The translations under genes and the position numbers were made by a program. This document shows positions 1 through 12,367 of a DNA stretch of 64,000 nucleotides, one piece after another. The notes beneath the pieces are model-generated. The model did no database searches. It was not told where the DNA came from and saw nothing but the letters and a program-made list of their open reading frames with translations. This DNA comes from Dictyostelium discoideum. Taxonomy: Eukaryota. Where the stretch lies: positions 160,001 through 224,000 of the forward strand of contig CM000151.3 in NCBI GenBank assembly GCA_000004695.1. Direction: 5' to 3'. Position 1 is the stretch's first letter. The number at the start of each line of letters is the position of its first letter.

Positions 1-413
1 TTATATTTTATAGGTAGTTCCACATCAAATTTAGAAAATTAAAAAAAATAAAATTCATTTTTATTAATGCAAATTCCAAGACACTATTTTCAAAAATAAT
101 TCATTAAATTTTCAAAATTATTTTATATTAATATATGAAACTACTATGAAATCTGTTACTGTCAAAGGTAGTTTATATAATGACGAACTCAGTACATCAA
201 ATTGGTTATCAATTTTTTATTCAAATTTTAGTGGTATTAATTTTGAAGGTTATGATCTAATAAATATTAAATCTAGTTTTCTATCAATTTCATTTTCAAA
301 AATTTGATTGTACAAATAATTTTTTAATTTCAAGTTTAAATAATCAATACCCTTTAGAAATATTAGGCAACAATTTCACCAATATTAATTGTAATTTTAT
401 TAATGTGAATTAA

Positions 414-818
414 GGTAAAGTTTCTTTAATTTTAAACACAATTTCAACGGAAAAATCAAATTTCGATTTATTTAATTTTAATAATTCAAATATAAGATTT
501 GAAAATATAAGTATAAGTCATCCAAATGGTATTGGTGTTGGTGGTAGTATAGTTAAATGTAATAATTCTACTATTAATTATATTGGTGAAATTTTAATTT
601 TAAATTCCGTTTGTTCAACTTGTGATTATTTTTACAATGGAAACCATAGTATATGTAAAAATGATACTTCAAGTGGAACCACCACATCGAATGGTAGTAC
701 AACTGGTGGTGGTAGTACAACTACAAATGAAGATAAAAACTCAAATGGTTCAAACAAATTGGTATCAATTTATTATCCAATATTAAGTATAATTACAATG
801 GCTCTAACCTTCCTATAG
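414..818 (+). CDS. 3'-terminal coding segment of a Ser/Thr/Gly/Asn-rich surface protein with GPI-anchor-like hydrophobic C-terminus (gene start upstream of window or in earlier exons)
   Basis: A 135-codon open frame runs from 414 to TAG at 816-818. It ends ...TTTSNGSTTGGGSTTTNEDKNSNGSNKLVSIYYPILSIITMALTFL*, a Ser/Thr-rich stalk plus hydrophobic tail typical of Dictyostelium GPI-anchored glycoproteins. Upstream frames (138-299, 310-413) contain stops and a canonical donor AAG|GTAAAG at 414, so exon structure is unresolved. Confidence 0.35.
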   Translation, partial: GKVSLILNTISTEKSNFDLFNFNNSNIRFENISISHPNGIGVGGSIVKCNNSTINYIGEILILNSVCSTCDYFYNGNHSICKNDTSSGTTTSNGSTTGGGSTTTNEDKNSNGSNKLVSIYYPILSIITMALTFL

Positions 819-978
819 GATATGTATTATTAAAAATTTTATTTAAAATAAAAAATATATATATAAAACTAGTGATAATTTTAAAATTATGTATCTATCT
901 ATTTTATGGTCTTTTCTTTTTTTTTTTTTATATTGGAAAAACTTAAAAGACATTTTAAAATTAAATTTTTATTTTTAT

Positions 979-2041
979 TTATGGTCTTTTGTTATAATCT
1001 TTACCCTTAATTTTTGGACCTTTTTTCATTCTAACTTCATCAGAGTATTCCATTGAATCATAGTATAATTGTTCGGCTGGTGAATCATTTTTAGTATTTA
1101 ATTTTGCTATTTCAAATTTAGATTCAAACTCTTCTTTCTCCTTACGATATTGAAGGTGAACTTTATCAGAGTGAGTGATTAAACCACTGATATCATCTAA
1201 TAACTTTTGTGATGTTGATGACCAATTATTTAAACAGTTGATCATTGAATCCAATTGTTCTGGTTGAACATCTCTACCAATTGAAAAATCGATTTCTAAA
1301 TGTTTATTCTTTTGATCTAATTTACCTTTGATAATGTTTTGATAAATTGAATCTATAATTAAATCTTCTAATTCTCTAACATTAGTAATTTCAATTTGTT
1401 CTTGTAAAACTGAATATGGAATAACCTAAAAAAAAAAAAAAGTATTAATAAATATAAACAATAAATAATAAAACCTAGAATATTTTTATTTTTGTTTTTT
1501 TTTATATTTACATTTGAAGTTGATGATAAAAATACAATAGTGAGTTGTTTTAGCTTTGTGATCATTTGTGGAGTCAATTGTGGGAGACTATCTTTTTTAT
1601 CTATAATATTTTTTTTTTTTTTTTTTTTTAAAAAAATTTAACAATATTGTTAATAATTGGTTTAAAATAATAATAATAATAAAACTTTTAAATACCAACT
1701 TTTGTAATCAATAAAAGATCCATATGCAAAGATTAAAAGTAAATCATAATAATTTTTAAATTCTGTTTCTTTTAACTAGTTTTGATTATTAAAAAAAAAG
1801 TATATAAAAAATTAGTAAAGCTATAATAATAAAACTATATATATTATTATATTTATATTATGATCACACTTACTTGTTGAACATTTGGCATATCTAATAA
1901 TTCACCAAATACAAAAACACTTGGATGATTTAAAGCTTTTTCAATGATTGAAACAATTGCTCTACCTTTTGAGGATTTGGCTAATACTACGAATTGTTTC
2001 AAGGCGTTGCCATCCGTCAAGGTTTCTTGTTGAGTAGTCAT
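979..2041 (-). CDS. csn7: COP9 signalosome complex subunit 7 (PCI domain)
   Basis: Proposed 4-exon model: complement(join(979..1425,1510..1598,1700..1775,1874..2041)), 259 aa. Exon 1 encodes ...ALKQFVVLAKSSKGRAIVSIIEKALNHPSVFVFGELLDMPNVQQ, matching the CSN7 N-terminus (LLAKSAKGAAL...VYVFGELLDMPNV). GTAAGT donor at 1873. The later exons give LKETEFKNYYDLLLIFAYGSFIDYK / KKDSLPQLTPQMITKLKQLTIVFLSSTSN / VIPYSVLQEQIEITNVRELEDLIIDSIYQNIIKGKLDQKNKHLEIDFSIGRD, which are collinear residue-for-residue with metazoan CSN7. One donor (GTTGGT at 1699) is non-canonical. Confidence 0.8.
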
Positions 2042-2878
2042 TTTATAAATATAAATAAATATAAATTAAAAAAAAAAAAGAAAAAAAAATTGAAATTAAT
2101 AAAAAAAAAAAAAATTATCAAAAAAAAAAAAAAAAAAAAAAATTAAAAAAAAAAAAAATTTAATTTAAAAAAAAAATAAAAATAAAAAAAAATAAAAAAA
2201 TCTTTTTTTTGAACTGAGAAATAAATTTGAAATCGCCATGTTTATTAATTTTAAAATAAAAAGGTCAATATTGACAATACTTAAAAAAGATAAATAAAAA
2301 CAAAATGATTTTTTTGGAATCTTTAAATGACAAACCTATTTCTTAATTTAGTGGTAATTCGATTAAAATTATTTTTTTTATTTTTTTATTTTTTTAATTT
2401 TTTATTTTTTATTTTTTATTTTTTTTATTTTTGGAGAAATAAATCAATGTTTAAAGATAATATTTATCTGAAAAAAACAAACAAAATTTGTCATTCTTAT
2501 TTTTTTTTTTTTTTTTTTTAAAGCCTTGTCATAATAAAATTTCCAGCGATCAATAATATTCTTAGAATAAATTAAATATTTATTTTCATTTTTTTTTTTT
2601 TTTTTTTTTTTTTATTTTTTTTTTTTTAATTTTAATTTTTTTTTAATTTTTTAATTTTTTAATTTTTTAATTTTTTTTTTTTTTAATTTACAACACATTT
2701 TTTTTTTTACAAATAATAAATAATCAAATAATATTATTGAGAGGTTGGCAATTGCACACATTACAAAAAAAAAAAAAAAAAAAAAAAAATAAAAATAATA
2801 AGAAAATAAAAATAATAAGAAAATAAACAAAAAAAACAATATAAAAATAAAAAAATTAATATAAACATCTAAATTTAT
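2042..2878. promoter_or_regulatory. divergent intergenic/promoter region between csn7 (-) and CUE-domain gene (+)
   Basis: An 0.84 kb region between two divergently transcribed start codons. It is almost entirely A/T homopolymer blocks (A20-A30, T20-T30) and (ATTTTTTA)-type repeats. Only spurious low-complexity ORFs fall here. Confidence 0.4.
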
Positions 2879-3739
2879 ATGATGAATTCAACATCAGCAT
2901 CGCCACCAAATCCAACTGAATCTGATAGTAATAACATTATTAATAATAAAGAAGAGGTATTTGAGGATGAAATAATTGAAGATAAAACAACAACCACCAC
3001 CACAACAACAACAGATAATCAACAACAACAACAAACACCACAAACACCACAACAGCTACAAGAACAACAGTTTCTTCAACAACAACAACAACAACAAGAA
3101 AATGCACATCATCAAGGTAAAATAATGAATGAATCATTACCATCAATTAGAGATTATAATAGTGATAAAAATAGAGATGAAGATGATGATGATGAAGGTG
3201 AAACGGCAAATATTAATAGATTTAATCCATATGGTTTAACGAGTGGTAAAAAGACCTTAAATTTCAATGATAGATTAGAGACAATCGAGATGGTTGTATC
3301 AATGTTTCCTCTATTGGAAAAGGATCCAAATGTATATAAAATTTTAAATAAATATGATTGGAACGTGGAGGCAAGTATTAATGAGTTTCAAAAGAGACAT
3401 GATTACGCAGAGAAATCATTAGAAACCAGTAAAACCCCTAGTTTTCCTCAAGATCCAATCATTTATCATAATAGCAATAACAATAATGGCAATAATCAAA
3501 CATCACCAAACTCAAATGAAATGAAAACAATGAATTCCAGAAAATCAGGTAATAGACCTTATCATCCAACCAATACAAACGATGATTATGATGCAATGGA
3601 TAATGAATATGATAGTGACGATTTAGAAGGTGATAGTTCTTTAGATGATGATATTAATAATAAAATAAAAGATGAATATAACGAATCAATGGATGATAAA
3701 GATGGTGGAGGTGGTGATAATAATAATAATAATAATAAC

Positions 3740-3770
<31 letters not shown>

Positions 3771-4723
3771 CAGAGAAATCAGCATTAGATTATTCAAGAT
3801 TTCCTACTTTTAAACAAGATATACAGACATTGAGAGATATATTTGGAACATCATATGGCGAATATGAACTTAAAGGTTTTTATATGGTATGTGGTGGTAA
3901 TTTAGAGGTTGTAATTGATCAATTAGTAAACGAACAAAAACAAAAAGATATGGCATCCTCTCAAAAACATAATCATCATAGTAATAATAATAATAATAAT
4001 ATTAATATTAATAATAATAATAGTAATGGATCACGTCAATCTTTAACATCTAGACTATCAGAAGAGGATAAAAGACAACTTCAACTACAACTCATCGAAG
4101 AACAAGAGAAATTGGAGAAAAAATTCTCTGATAAAAAGAAACAAGAGATTAATAATCATCCATCAAAAAAGAATTTTTCACAACAAGAAATCGTTAATGA
4201 ACTAAAGGATCTCTTTAGTAAACATGTCGAAGAGGGTGTAATTGAATGGGTGGCTTATTCCTGTGAATATGATTTGGGTAAAGCAACAACTCAATTAGTC
4301 GATTTAAAACATAATAATTTATTAAAAAAGAATAACGCATTAAATAATAATAATAATAATAATAGTAGTAGTAATAACAATAATAATAATAATAATAATA
4401 ATGGTTTAATGTCTTTAGATCCTTCAACAATTCAAGGTATTGAAAGTAATTTAAATTCACTTTCAAAAGGTTTACTGGTTGGTGGTTCTCAATTAACTAT
4501 TCCAACTGATTTAATATCTCAAGTATCATTCGATACCTTAACTGAACAAGTTGGTAAATTAAATGCAACAAATGATAGTAGTAGTTTTAATAATAGCAAC
4601 AAAAATAATAATAATAATAATACAACAACAACTACTACTACAACTACAGCTACTGAAACTAATAGCCAATCATCTTCAACCACTCCAGTATTCCATCAAA
4701 ACTTTACTTATGATAAAAAATAA
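2879..4723 (+). CDS. CUE/UBA-like domain-containing protein with poly-Thr, poly-Gln and poly-Asn tracts
   Basis: Single 614-aa ORF. It carries three ~40-aa segments resembling CUE domains: LETIEMVVSMFPLLEKDPNVYKILNKYDWNVEASINEF, IQTLRDIFGTSYGEYELKGFYMVCGGNLEVVIDQLVNE and VNELKDLFSKHVEEGVIEWVAYSCEYDLGKATTQLVDL. Codon usage is typical of AT-rich Dictyostelium genes. Confidence 0.5.
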
Positions 4724-5540
4724 TAATTCTTATCAAAATAAAAAAAAAAAAAAAAAAAAAAAGAAAATAAATAAAATAAAATAAAAAAAAAAAATATTAT
4801 TGTTTGAAAAAAAAAAAAAAAAAAAAAAAAAAGTAATCTATTAAATTTATTATATCCTAGTCTATGTGTAAATTTTCATTTTTTTTTTTTATTTATTTTT
4901 ATTTTGTTTACATTTTTAAATTAAATAATTTCCAATTTTTTAATAATAAAATAAATTAAAATTAGTACTAATCCTTTTTATAAGGTTGCTGAATGGAAAA
5001 TAAAAAATAATAACAATAATAATTTAAAAAATCAATTAAAAATTGAGAAATAGAACAAAATCAAGGCAATGTATGATTGCGTACGCAATGGACGGCAAGG
5101 TTAAATTAAATTTAAGTCTGTTTTGAATAAAACTCCCACACCCACAACACTATTATTATTATTTTTTTTTTTAAATTAAATTTTAATTTCCCATTAAAAT
5201 TTTTTACTAAAGGTATGGTTTTTGATAAGAAATTTTAAATTTTAAATTTTTTAATCTCCATTTTTAATACCAAATTCAAATAAAAAAAATAAAAAAAAAT
5301 AAAAAAAAAAAAATTGGTGATATATTTTTTTAAATTTATATTAAGAAGCAATAAAAAAAAACATAAAATTAATTATAAAAAAAAAAAAAAAAATGAAAAA
5401 CTTTTTTTGAAAAAAAAAAAAAATAAAAAAATAAAAAAATAAAAAAAATAAGTTTAAAAAAATGATCAAATCGTATTTTTTATTTTAGTGTTAATTTTTT
5501 TTTTTTTTTAGTGTTAATTTTTTTTTTGGTGAAAATAAAA

Positions 5541-6911
5541 TTATTCCAATTCCTGATCGGATTGTCTTGATCTTTTCCTGGGGAGATTATCGTCAATGGT
5601 TTCAACTTCTTGGACTAATTGTTTGACAGAATCACATTGTGATTTTAAGATATCAATCACTTGTTGGTTATGATCACCTTGCTTTTGGAAAATTTCCAAA
5701 TGTTTTTGTTTAAGATCATTGCTCTTTTTTGTAACCTTGAGGAGCTCATTCTTTACCAAGAATGTATTTTGCAGTGTTTCATGGACCTTTGTCTTAACAC
5801 TGGTATGGTGTTGTTTATCTACCAAGTTGCTGGTTCTAATTTCGTTTTGGATTTGGTTTTATGTTAGTTGGCTACCAGAAGTTGCAAGCACTGTAAGGTA
5901 AACTCGATTTGGCTCTGGAGCTTGATAACCAATTTTGAAATTGGATAGAACACTCTTTTTAGTTGTGGAATGAGAGCTTTGACTTGATTGCTTACAATTT
6001 GATGTTTTGCTACCATAATTTTCTTCTTTGAATTCTATCTTCATCTTCGGTTTCCTCATCAGTCTCTTCATCAACAGTTTGCGATGGAGTTAATTTTGGC
6101 GTGTTCCATTTTCAGATGGAGTTGGGTTTGGTATAGATGCAGTGGTTTTGAGTCCATGTTGATTAATATACATAACTATATTATTGTACTTGTTCATCAA
6201 TACTTGACTTTTGCCACTGAATTTGTTTCTGGTGAATAGATTGACTAGATGGGATCTGAACTTTTTAGGGCAGTCATTGTTTAACTTGTGGACATAAACA
6301 ACCATTTTGTGGAATTCTTCATAAGATTTGTAATGTTGATCTTTTTCTGAGTCATCTGTAACCCTTGTAAGATAATTTCTGAGTTCTGGACTGAATAGGA
6401 AATTTAATGATGTGATATTATTTGCAAAATGCTCCACAATGAAATCGTTGGCCTTCTTGTAAGTTACACGTTTCCCACCATTTTTATTTTCAGCTTTTTG
6501 GCGAATACAATATGAATAGAAAAGAACGTCATCATTGTCTTTGATTAGATCATAGTTTTCTTTAAGAAATGAGCACTCTAGAAATGGTTCAAGTAAACCA
6601 TCCACTGTGCTTGGGGTTGCGTCAACAAATCCAACCATTCCTTTCTGAGAATTAATATATCTGGTGTTAGTTGCAAATGAAAGTGTGACAGTATCAGTAG
6701 TGTTGATGTATATTGGGTACATTGTCATATTTAAAACTGATTGAAGTAAAATGAATAAGTGGAATAGTTGATCCGAATCATCAACTGACAATGATTCATA
6801 ATTCTCTGCTTTTTCTTGTAGTTTAATGAATTTTGCGATTCTGTAAAATGTAAGTTTGCCAACTTCATATCTTATATTTGGAATTTGGTAATGCAAATAA
6901 TTATCATTCAT
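5541..6911 (-). mobile_element. GC-elevated ORF (~456 codons) broken by two in-frame stops; probable decayed transposable-element ORF / pseudogene
   Basis: Three minus-strand ORFs (6090..6911, 5859..6074, 5541..5825) share one reading frame. They are separated only by in-frame stops: TAA at 6090-6092 and a stop within 5826-5858. Local GC is clearly higher than surrounding DNA, and codons rare in Dictyostelium (CTG, CGG, GGG) are used. The 3' flank 5250-5540 is A-rich on the ORF strand, with a direct repeat tagtgttaattttttt at 5481-5530. No RT or integrase motifs were recognised and no tRNA gene was found nearby. Confidence 0.4.
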
Positions 6912-6939
6912 TTTTTTATTAATTATTATTTTTATATAT

Positions 6940-6940
<1 letters not shown>

Positions 6941-7002
<62 letters not shown>

Positions 7003-7010
7003 TTTTATAT
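6941..7010. repeat. (TTTA)n microsatellite
   Basis: About 16 perfect tttatttattta units immediately upstream of the GC-rich ORF. Confidence 0.9.
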
Positions 7011-7368
7011 TTATTATTATAAATTATATTGGATTTTTATTCTTCCATTTCTAAGAATTCCTAATTAAAAAAGGAAAGTATTGATTTTTAATTGAAATTT
7101 AAATCAACTCTTCTATTTTACCATAAAAAATTCATATTTACTTTTTTTTTCTTGAATTTTTTTTTATTTTTTTTCTTTCATTTTTTATTTTTTTATTTAT
7201 TTGTTTTTTTGTTTTTTTTTTTTATATATTTTAATTTCCATTTATTTTTGGATTTAAAAAAAAAAAAAAAGAAAAAAAAAAAAAAAAAAAAAAAAAATAA
7301 TGAAATTAATTTTAACAATTTGCTTATTATTAATATTCAATTTTTTAATTGGTATTAGTTTTGGAAAC

Positions 7369-7795
7369 CAAATCAAATCAAATCAAATCAAATCAAATCA
7401 ACCATTGCATCAAATCAAATCAACCATTGCATCAAATCAAATCAAATCAAATCAAATCAAATCAAATCAAATCAAATCAAATCAAATCAAATCAATCTAA
7501 TATTCAGTGAAATTCAGTATTAATTTGGAAAAATCAGAAAAAAGAGAATGAAAAGTTATTTTTTTGATTTATATCTTCATCTGGAAGGTAAATACATTGA
7601 ATTATTAAAATTTTGATGATTTCTTTTTCAGTTCTTAATTGTTGTTGTAATTCATTTATATATCTTATTATGAAATAACATGTTTCACATTCCATTGCAT
7701 CTTGTTGGTTTAAAATTTGTTGTTGTTTGATTTGATTTGATTTGATTTGATTTGATTTGATTTGGTTTGATTTGATGCAATGGTTGAGATCTTGT
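7369..7795. repeat. inverted pair of (AAATC)n arrays with embedded 17-nt motif, ~240 bp spacer
   Basis: (caaat)n runs 7369-7496 and contains caaccattgcatcaaatc twice. Its reverse complement (gatttgatgcaatggttg plus (gattt)n) lies at 7731-7792. The two overlapping ORFs 7300..7500 (+) and 7534..7800 (-) are artefacts of this repeat. Confidence 0.8.
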
Positions 7796-7998
7796 ATCAC
7801 ACAAAAAAAATATTAACAATAACCATGGCATAAATTAATAATAATTGATAGATTAATAATTTTCTTTTCTTATATGTTTAATCCTATAAAACTATTAAAC
7901 TATTTTTTTGTTTTTTTCGTTTTTTTCATTTTAATTTTTTTTTTTTTAAATAATAAAATTCAACCACATCTTCTTATTAAAAAACTTATTTTTTATTT

Positions 7999-8036
<38 letters not shown>

Positions 8037-8180
8037 ACCTTACCAAAAAAATTAAATAAAATAAAATAAAATAAAATAAAATAAAATAAAATAATTTTTA
8101 TTTTTAAATTCTCCATAGGTTTTTTTTTATTTATTAATTTTTTTTTTTTTTTATTTATTAATTTTTTTTTTTTTTTTTAT

Positions 8181-8211
<31 letters not shown>

Positions 8212-8233
8212 TTTAATTTTTTATATTTCAAAA

Positions 8234-11200
8234 ATGGGGTTTGGTAGTGAAAACAATGATATAAATATTAATTATAATAATAATAATAATAATAATAATT
8301 ATAATAATAATAACAATATCACAAATGTAAATAATAATAATAATAACAATAACAATAATAATAACAATAATATTCTTTATATAGATGATGAAAACAATGG
8401 TTATGATGATGATAATATTATAAATAATAAAATTAAATATTGGCAAGATGAATTCAATAAATTAAAACAAGAATCATATGAAAAAATTAAATCATTACCA
8501 CCAACAAATAATCATACAAACAATTTTAAAATTAATGATATTAAAGGTGATTTATCAGATTCTTTATTTGATAGATGGTATGAATTTGCAATTCAATATG
8601 CTCAATCTATAACAACAACAACAGAAACAACATTATTTGACATTAATAACAATAATAATGATAATAATGAACTAGGTATGTTTTTATTGATATATATATA
8701 TATATAAATACAAAATAATAATAAAATAAATAAAAAATTTCTTACATATATACATAATTATAATTATATAAATAGAAATTGAAATGATATGTTCAACAAA
8801 AGTATTATTAAAGAATATAATTGATATTGATATTATAGCAAATTCATTATTAGATGATAGTGTTTACAGAAAATATTTAGAACAATTTAGAAAGGTTATA
8901 ACTATTTATAGTAGTAAACCAAAGTTTACAAAATTATTACTATTATCAAAATTTGAAATTAATAATAATCATCATCATCTTATTAAAGATCAATTAAATG
9001 AAAGTTTACAACAACTTTTAATAATATTACAAAAAAGAATGATTTCATCAATTGGTAAAAGAATTGAATTATTAAATACAATTAAATCAATAATTGAAAT
9101 TGGTAATAAACTATTTAAAATCAATAATAATACTGTATTTCCATTTCAAGTTAATACAAATATCTTAGTAACATTTTCAAATTCAACAGAGAATGGAGAA
9201 GTATTAAGATCATTAGGATTAGATATTTTAAAATTGTTATTATTAAATGAACAACAACAACAACAAGAAGAAGAAGAACAATTCAAATTAGATATTCTAA
9301 GATCAATGTCAATGATTGCATCTGATAATACAACATTGAATTTTATTTGGTCAAATCAAGGTATTAATTATATTGATGTTGTAACAATATTACAAAGTAG
9401 AATACCAACATCACAAAAGGAATTAGGTATAAAAATATTATCATCAATTTCAACAAGTATTAAATCCTCAACTATTGATATACTAACAAACTATTGTTCT
9501 GATCAATCTGATTATTCAAATTCATCAATAAATAAAATATTACAAACTATATTTGATTTTATTGATTTATTTTCAATTAAAATTCAAACTAAACAATCTC
9601 AACAATTATTATTACAAAAATTACAACAACAACAAAAACAAGAAGAAGAAGGACAAACTAAAGAATCAACATTATCAATTTCATTTAAACCAAGTAAATA
9701 TAATAAAAATATTAATTATTTAAATGAAAAAGTTGATGGTGGTGGTGGTGTTGGTAGTGGTGGTGGTGATGATGATGAAGAAAGCTCAAGTACAAATGAA
9801 AAATATCAAGAGATATTAGATTTATTTGAAACTATTGTAAATCAAATACCAAATAATGATATGGTAATTAAAAAGTTAATATCAAGTTGTGGTTGTACTG
9901 AAGGTTCATTAAAGATATTATTAAATTGTAGTAAGAAATTTAGTAGAGATATGTGGAGTTCACAATTGTTACCATTGTTATTCAATGAGATTCAGCTAAT
10001 GAAATTTCAAGGTGTATCAGGTATACAACGTGAGCAATCTGTTATTGATTGTGTTAGAGAATGTGCAAGATTGTTTTATTTAGATTCACCAAAATCATTA
10101 TCATCAGCTGATAATAGTGATATTGGAAGTAACCATATCGAATCATTGAAATTCGCTCATAATCTATTCTTTACAATCATTGAGGCTATCAGACATGGGT
10201 ATTACGATACAGAAGGATTTCAAATAGTTTGCTCAATCATCATCCTAAATCATCTACCATCGTCAATCAATTGGTTTCAACAAGTTTTAAACCCATCCAC
10301 TTGTTATAATTTAAAAACCTCTCGTGCTATATTCGATATTTTCTTACAATTGATGGGATTCTCTGAAGTTGAAAAATCAGTGACTATACAATCATTGAAA
10401 ATCGATCATATGCATGCGATTTTTCATCAAATGGTTTCAATTTCGAATCCCACAGCTTTCAATTTAATTTCAACTTGTTTAAAATTTAAACCTGCAGTTC
10501 AATTCTTATTGGATAATCCAATTTTAACAAATACTCTAATTCAAAGTATTAGAATGTTTATAACAGAGTTGAAAAATGTTCAAAATGAAAATCCTTATGT
10601 TAAAAATTGTTTGGAAAGGGAGCAGGCTGAAGCAGTGACTGAAGTAATTAAAAATATATTTCCAATTGTTAATCCATCCGATGCAAATTTCTTATTCTCA
10701 ATCTCTTTAAACGTTTTATTATTAATTCCATCTGGTACACCTTCAAGTTATGGTGATGAAGAATTAAGTAAATTAATCAATAGAATTCCAATTGGTTCAC
10801 CTTTATCTCTATTAGATGTTATATCAGGTTTAAAATTATGTGGTACTGAATCAAAGATTGCATTATGTGATTTCTCACCTCAATACTGTTTATTAGATTC
10901 TGATGAACAAGTTCGTTCAACTGCTTTAAGAGTTTTATCACGTAGAAATGATTTAATTATTTCTTCTTCAAATAATAATAATAATAATAGTAGTAGTGGT
11001 AGTAGTGATAATTTAAATAATATTAGAAATAGTGGTAGTGGTATTATTAATAATAATAATATAAATTTATTAGACTCAATATTTAAAGCAGTAAAAACTA
11101 ATAGTAAAAGTTCAATTTATGAAATGGAATTATTAATATCAGCATCACCATTAATGCCAATGATTTTTAATGTTGATAAATCTTATACATTACAATGTTT

Positions 11201-11456
11201 AGATTTATTATATAAAGCAATTAAACAATCATCATTAAGAGATCCACAAAGTAAACCAAATCAAATTGCAACCGATTCTGCTGAATATATTTTAACTCAA
11301 TTAAAACAATCTGATATTGAACTTTATATTGGTAGTAAATCTTCAACCTTAATATCAATTTGTGTAAAATTAAAAAAATTTAGTAATTCAATTAAATTAA
11401 TATATAAAGATTTAAAGAAAAATGGTTTCATAAATGATAAAACTGTATTATTGTAA
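8234..11456 (+). CDS. hypothetical large protein, poly-Asn N-terminus, possible ARM/HEAT-like helical repeats
   Basis: Two-exon model join(8234..8675,8776..11456), about 1040 aa. Exon 1 ends at donor GTATGT (8676) in phase 1. Acceptor tataaatag at 8775 restores the frame of the 890-aa ORF. The C-terminal region (...SDEQVRSTALRVLSRRNDL...) looks like helical repeats. No confident homology. Confidence 0.55.
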
Positions 11457-11460
11457 AAAT

Positions 11461-11468
11461 AATAATAA

Positions 11469-11531
<63 letters not shown>

Positions 11532-11533
11532 AT
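11461..11533. repeat. (AAAT)n microsatellite in 3' flank
   Basis: About 18 aaat units directly after the stop codon of the 8234..11456 gene. Confidence 0.9.
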
Positions 11534-11779
11534 GTAAATTAGATAATAATTTTAAATTTTGATAAATTACAAGTTATTTTTATATCTCTACACCCAAATT
11601 ATTTACTCAAAACACCAACTAAAAAAAAAAAAAGGATTTATTGAAAGTTAATTTTCATAGAGTTTAAGAAGACATTAATTTTTTTTTTTTTTTTTTTTTT
11701 AAATAAATATTTATTTTATTTATTTATATTATGGGATTAATGAAAAAAATAATGTAAAAAATAATTTGAAATTGAATAA

Positions 11780-12367
11780 TTAATTAGATGGTGTTGGAAT
11801 TAAAGTACAATAACCACTTTTAGCACACAAGGAATTTGAATCACAGTTAATTGTTGAATTACATTTGTTATTTACACATACATCGGTTGTACATGGTAAA
11901 CTATCATTACAATCTGCATTTGTTGTACATGATTTGATATTATTTTGAGCTTGATTAATTGTGTAATAACAACCAAAAATTGACATACAATTATCAGTGG
12001 TAGTGGCTAATCCATCAGTACAATTAGTGGCAGTTCTAACACAACCAGTGGTGGAATTACAATATTCAGTTGTACATTTATTATTATCATCACAGGTGGT
12101 ACTACCGAATTTACAAGCCAAAGTTTCATAATCACAACTTACACTACCACATTTAGAATATTGTGGTGATAATTTACAATTGGCAACACAAGCTTTATAA
12201 GTTCCAGTTGATTCACAATCAATATTTTGATTATAAATACTATAACAACCACCATATATAAATGATTCTGTTGTACAATCATTATTATCACTTGGACAAT
12301 CTTGACAATTTGAAAATGTTGATAAAATTGAAATAATAATAAAAGTAGATAAAATTAATCTATTCAT
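11780..12367 (-). CDS. secreted cysteine-rich protein (signal peptide plus Cys/Thr/Asn-rich mature region)
   Basis: 195-aa ORF. N-terminal hydrophobic signal MNRLILSTFIIISILSTFSNC. The mature part carries about 30 Cys in CxxC/CTT-type patterns, typical of small secreted dictyostelid proteins. Single exon. Confidence 0.6.
   Translation of the reverse strand: MNRLILSTFIIISILSTFSNCQDCPSDNNDCTTESFIYGGCYSIYNQNIDCESTGTYKACVANCKLSPQYSKCGSVSCDYETLACKFGSTTCDDNNKCTTEYCNSTTGCVRTATNCTDGLATTTDNCMSIFGCYYTINQAQNNIKSCTTNADCNDSLPCTTDVCVNNKCNSTINCDSNSLCAKSGYCTLIPTPSN

Noticed and set aside
2327-2839. ORFs 2327..2521 and 2651..2839, and similar poly-F/poly-K ORFs at 7092..7358, 7874..8059, 19106..19396, 20856..21152, 23318..23566, 36254..36517, 49404..49595, 49931..50167, 58536..58733
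   Set aside because: These are translations of A/T homopolymer and simple-repeat intergenic DNA (FFFFF, KKKKK, IIIII). There is no complexity, and they lie between divergent or convergent real genes.
5040-5120. Possible tRNA gene next to the GC-rich element (expected for TRE-type retroelements)
   Set aside because: The only GC-rich patch (gcgtacgcaatggacggcaagg) lacks T-loop (GGTTCGAAT) and D-loop features and cannot be folded into a cloverleaf by eye. No tRNA-like sequence was found elsewhere in the window.
7300-7800. ORFs 7300..7500 (+) and 7534..7800 (-) encoding (NQIKS)n / CRISPR-like regular repeats
   Set aside because: They arise purely from the (AAATC)n microsatellite and its inverted copy. 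The units are contiguous 5-mers without unique spacers, so this is not a CRISPR array and not protein-coding.
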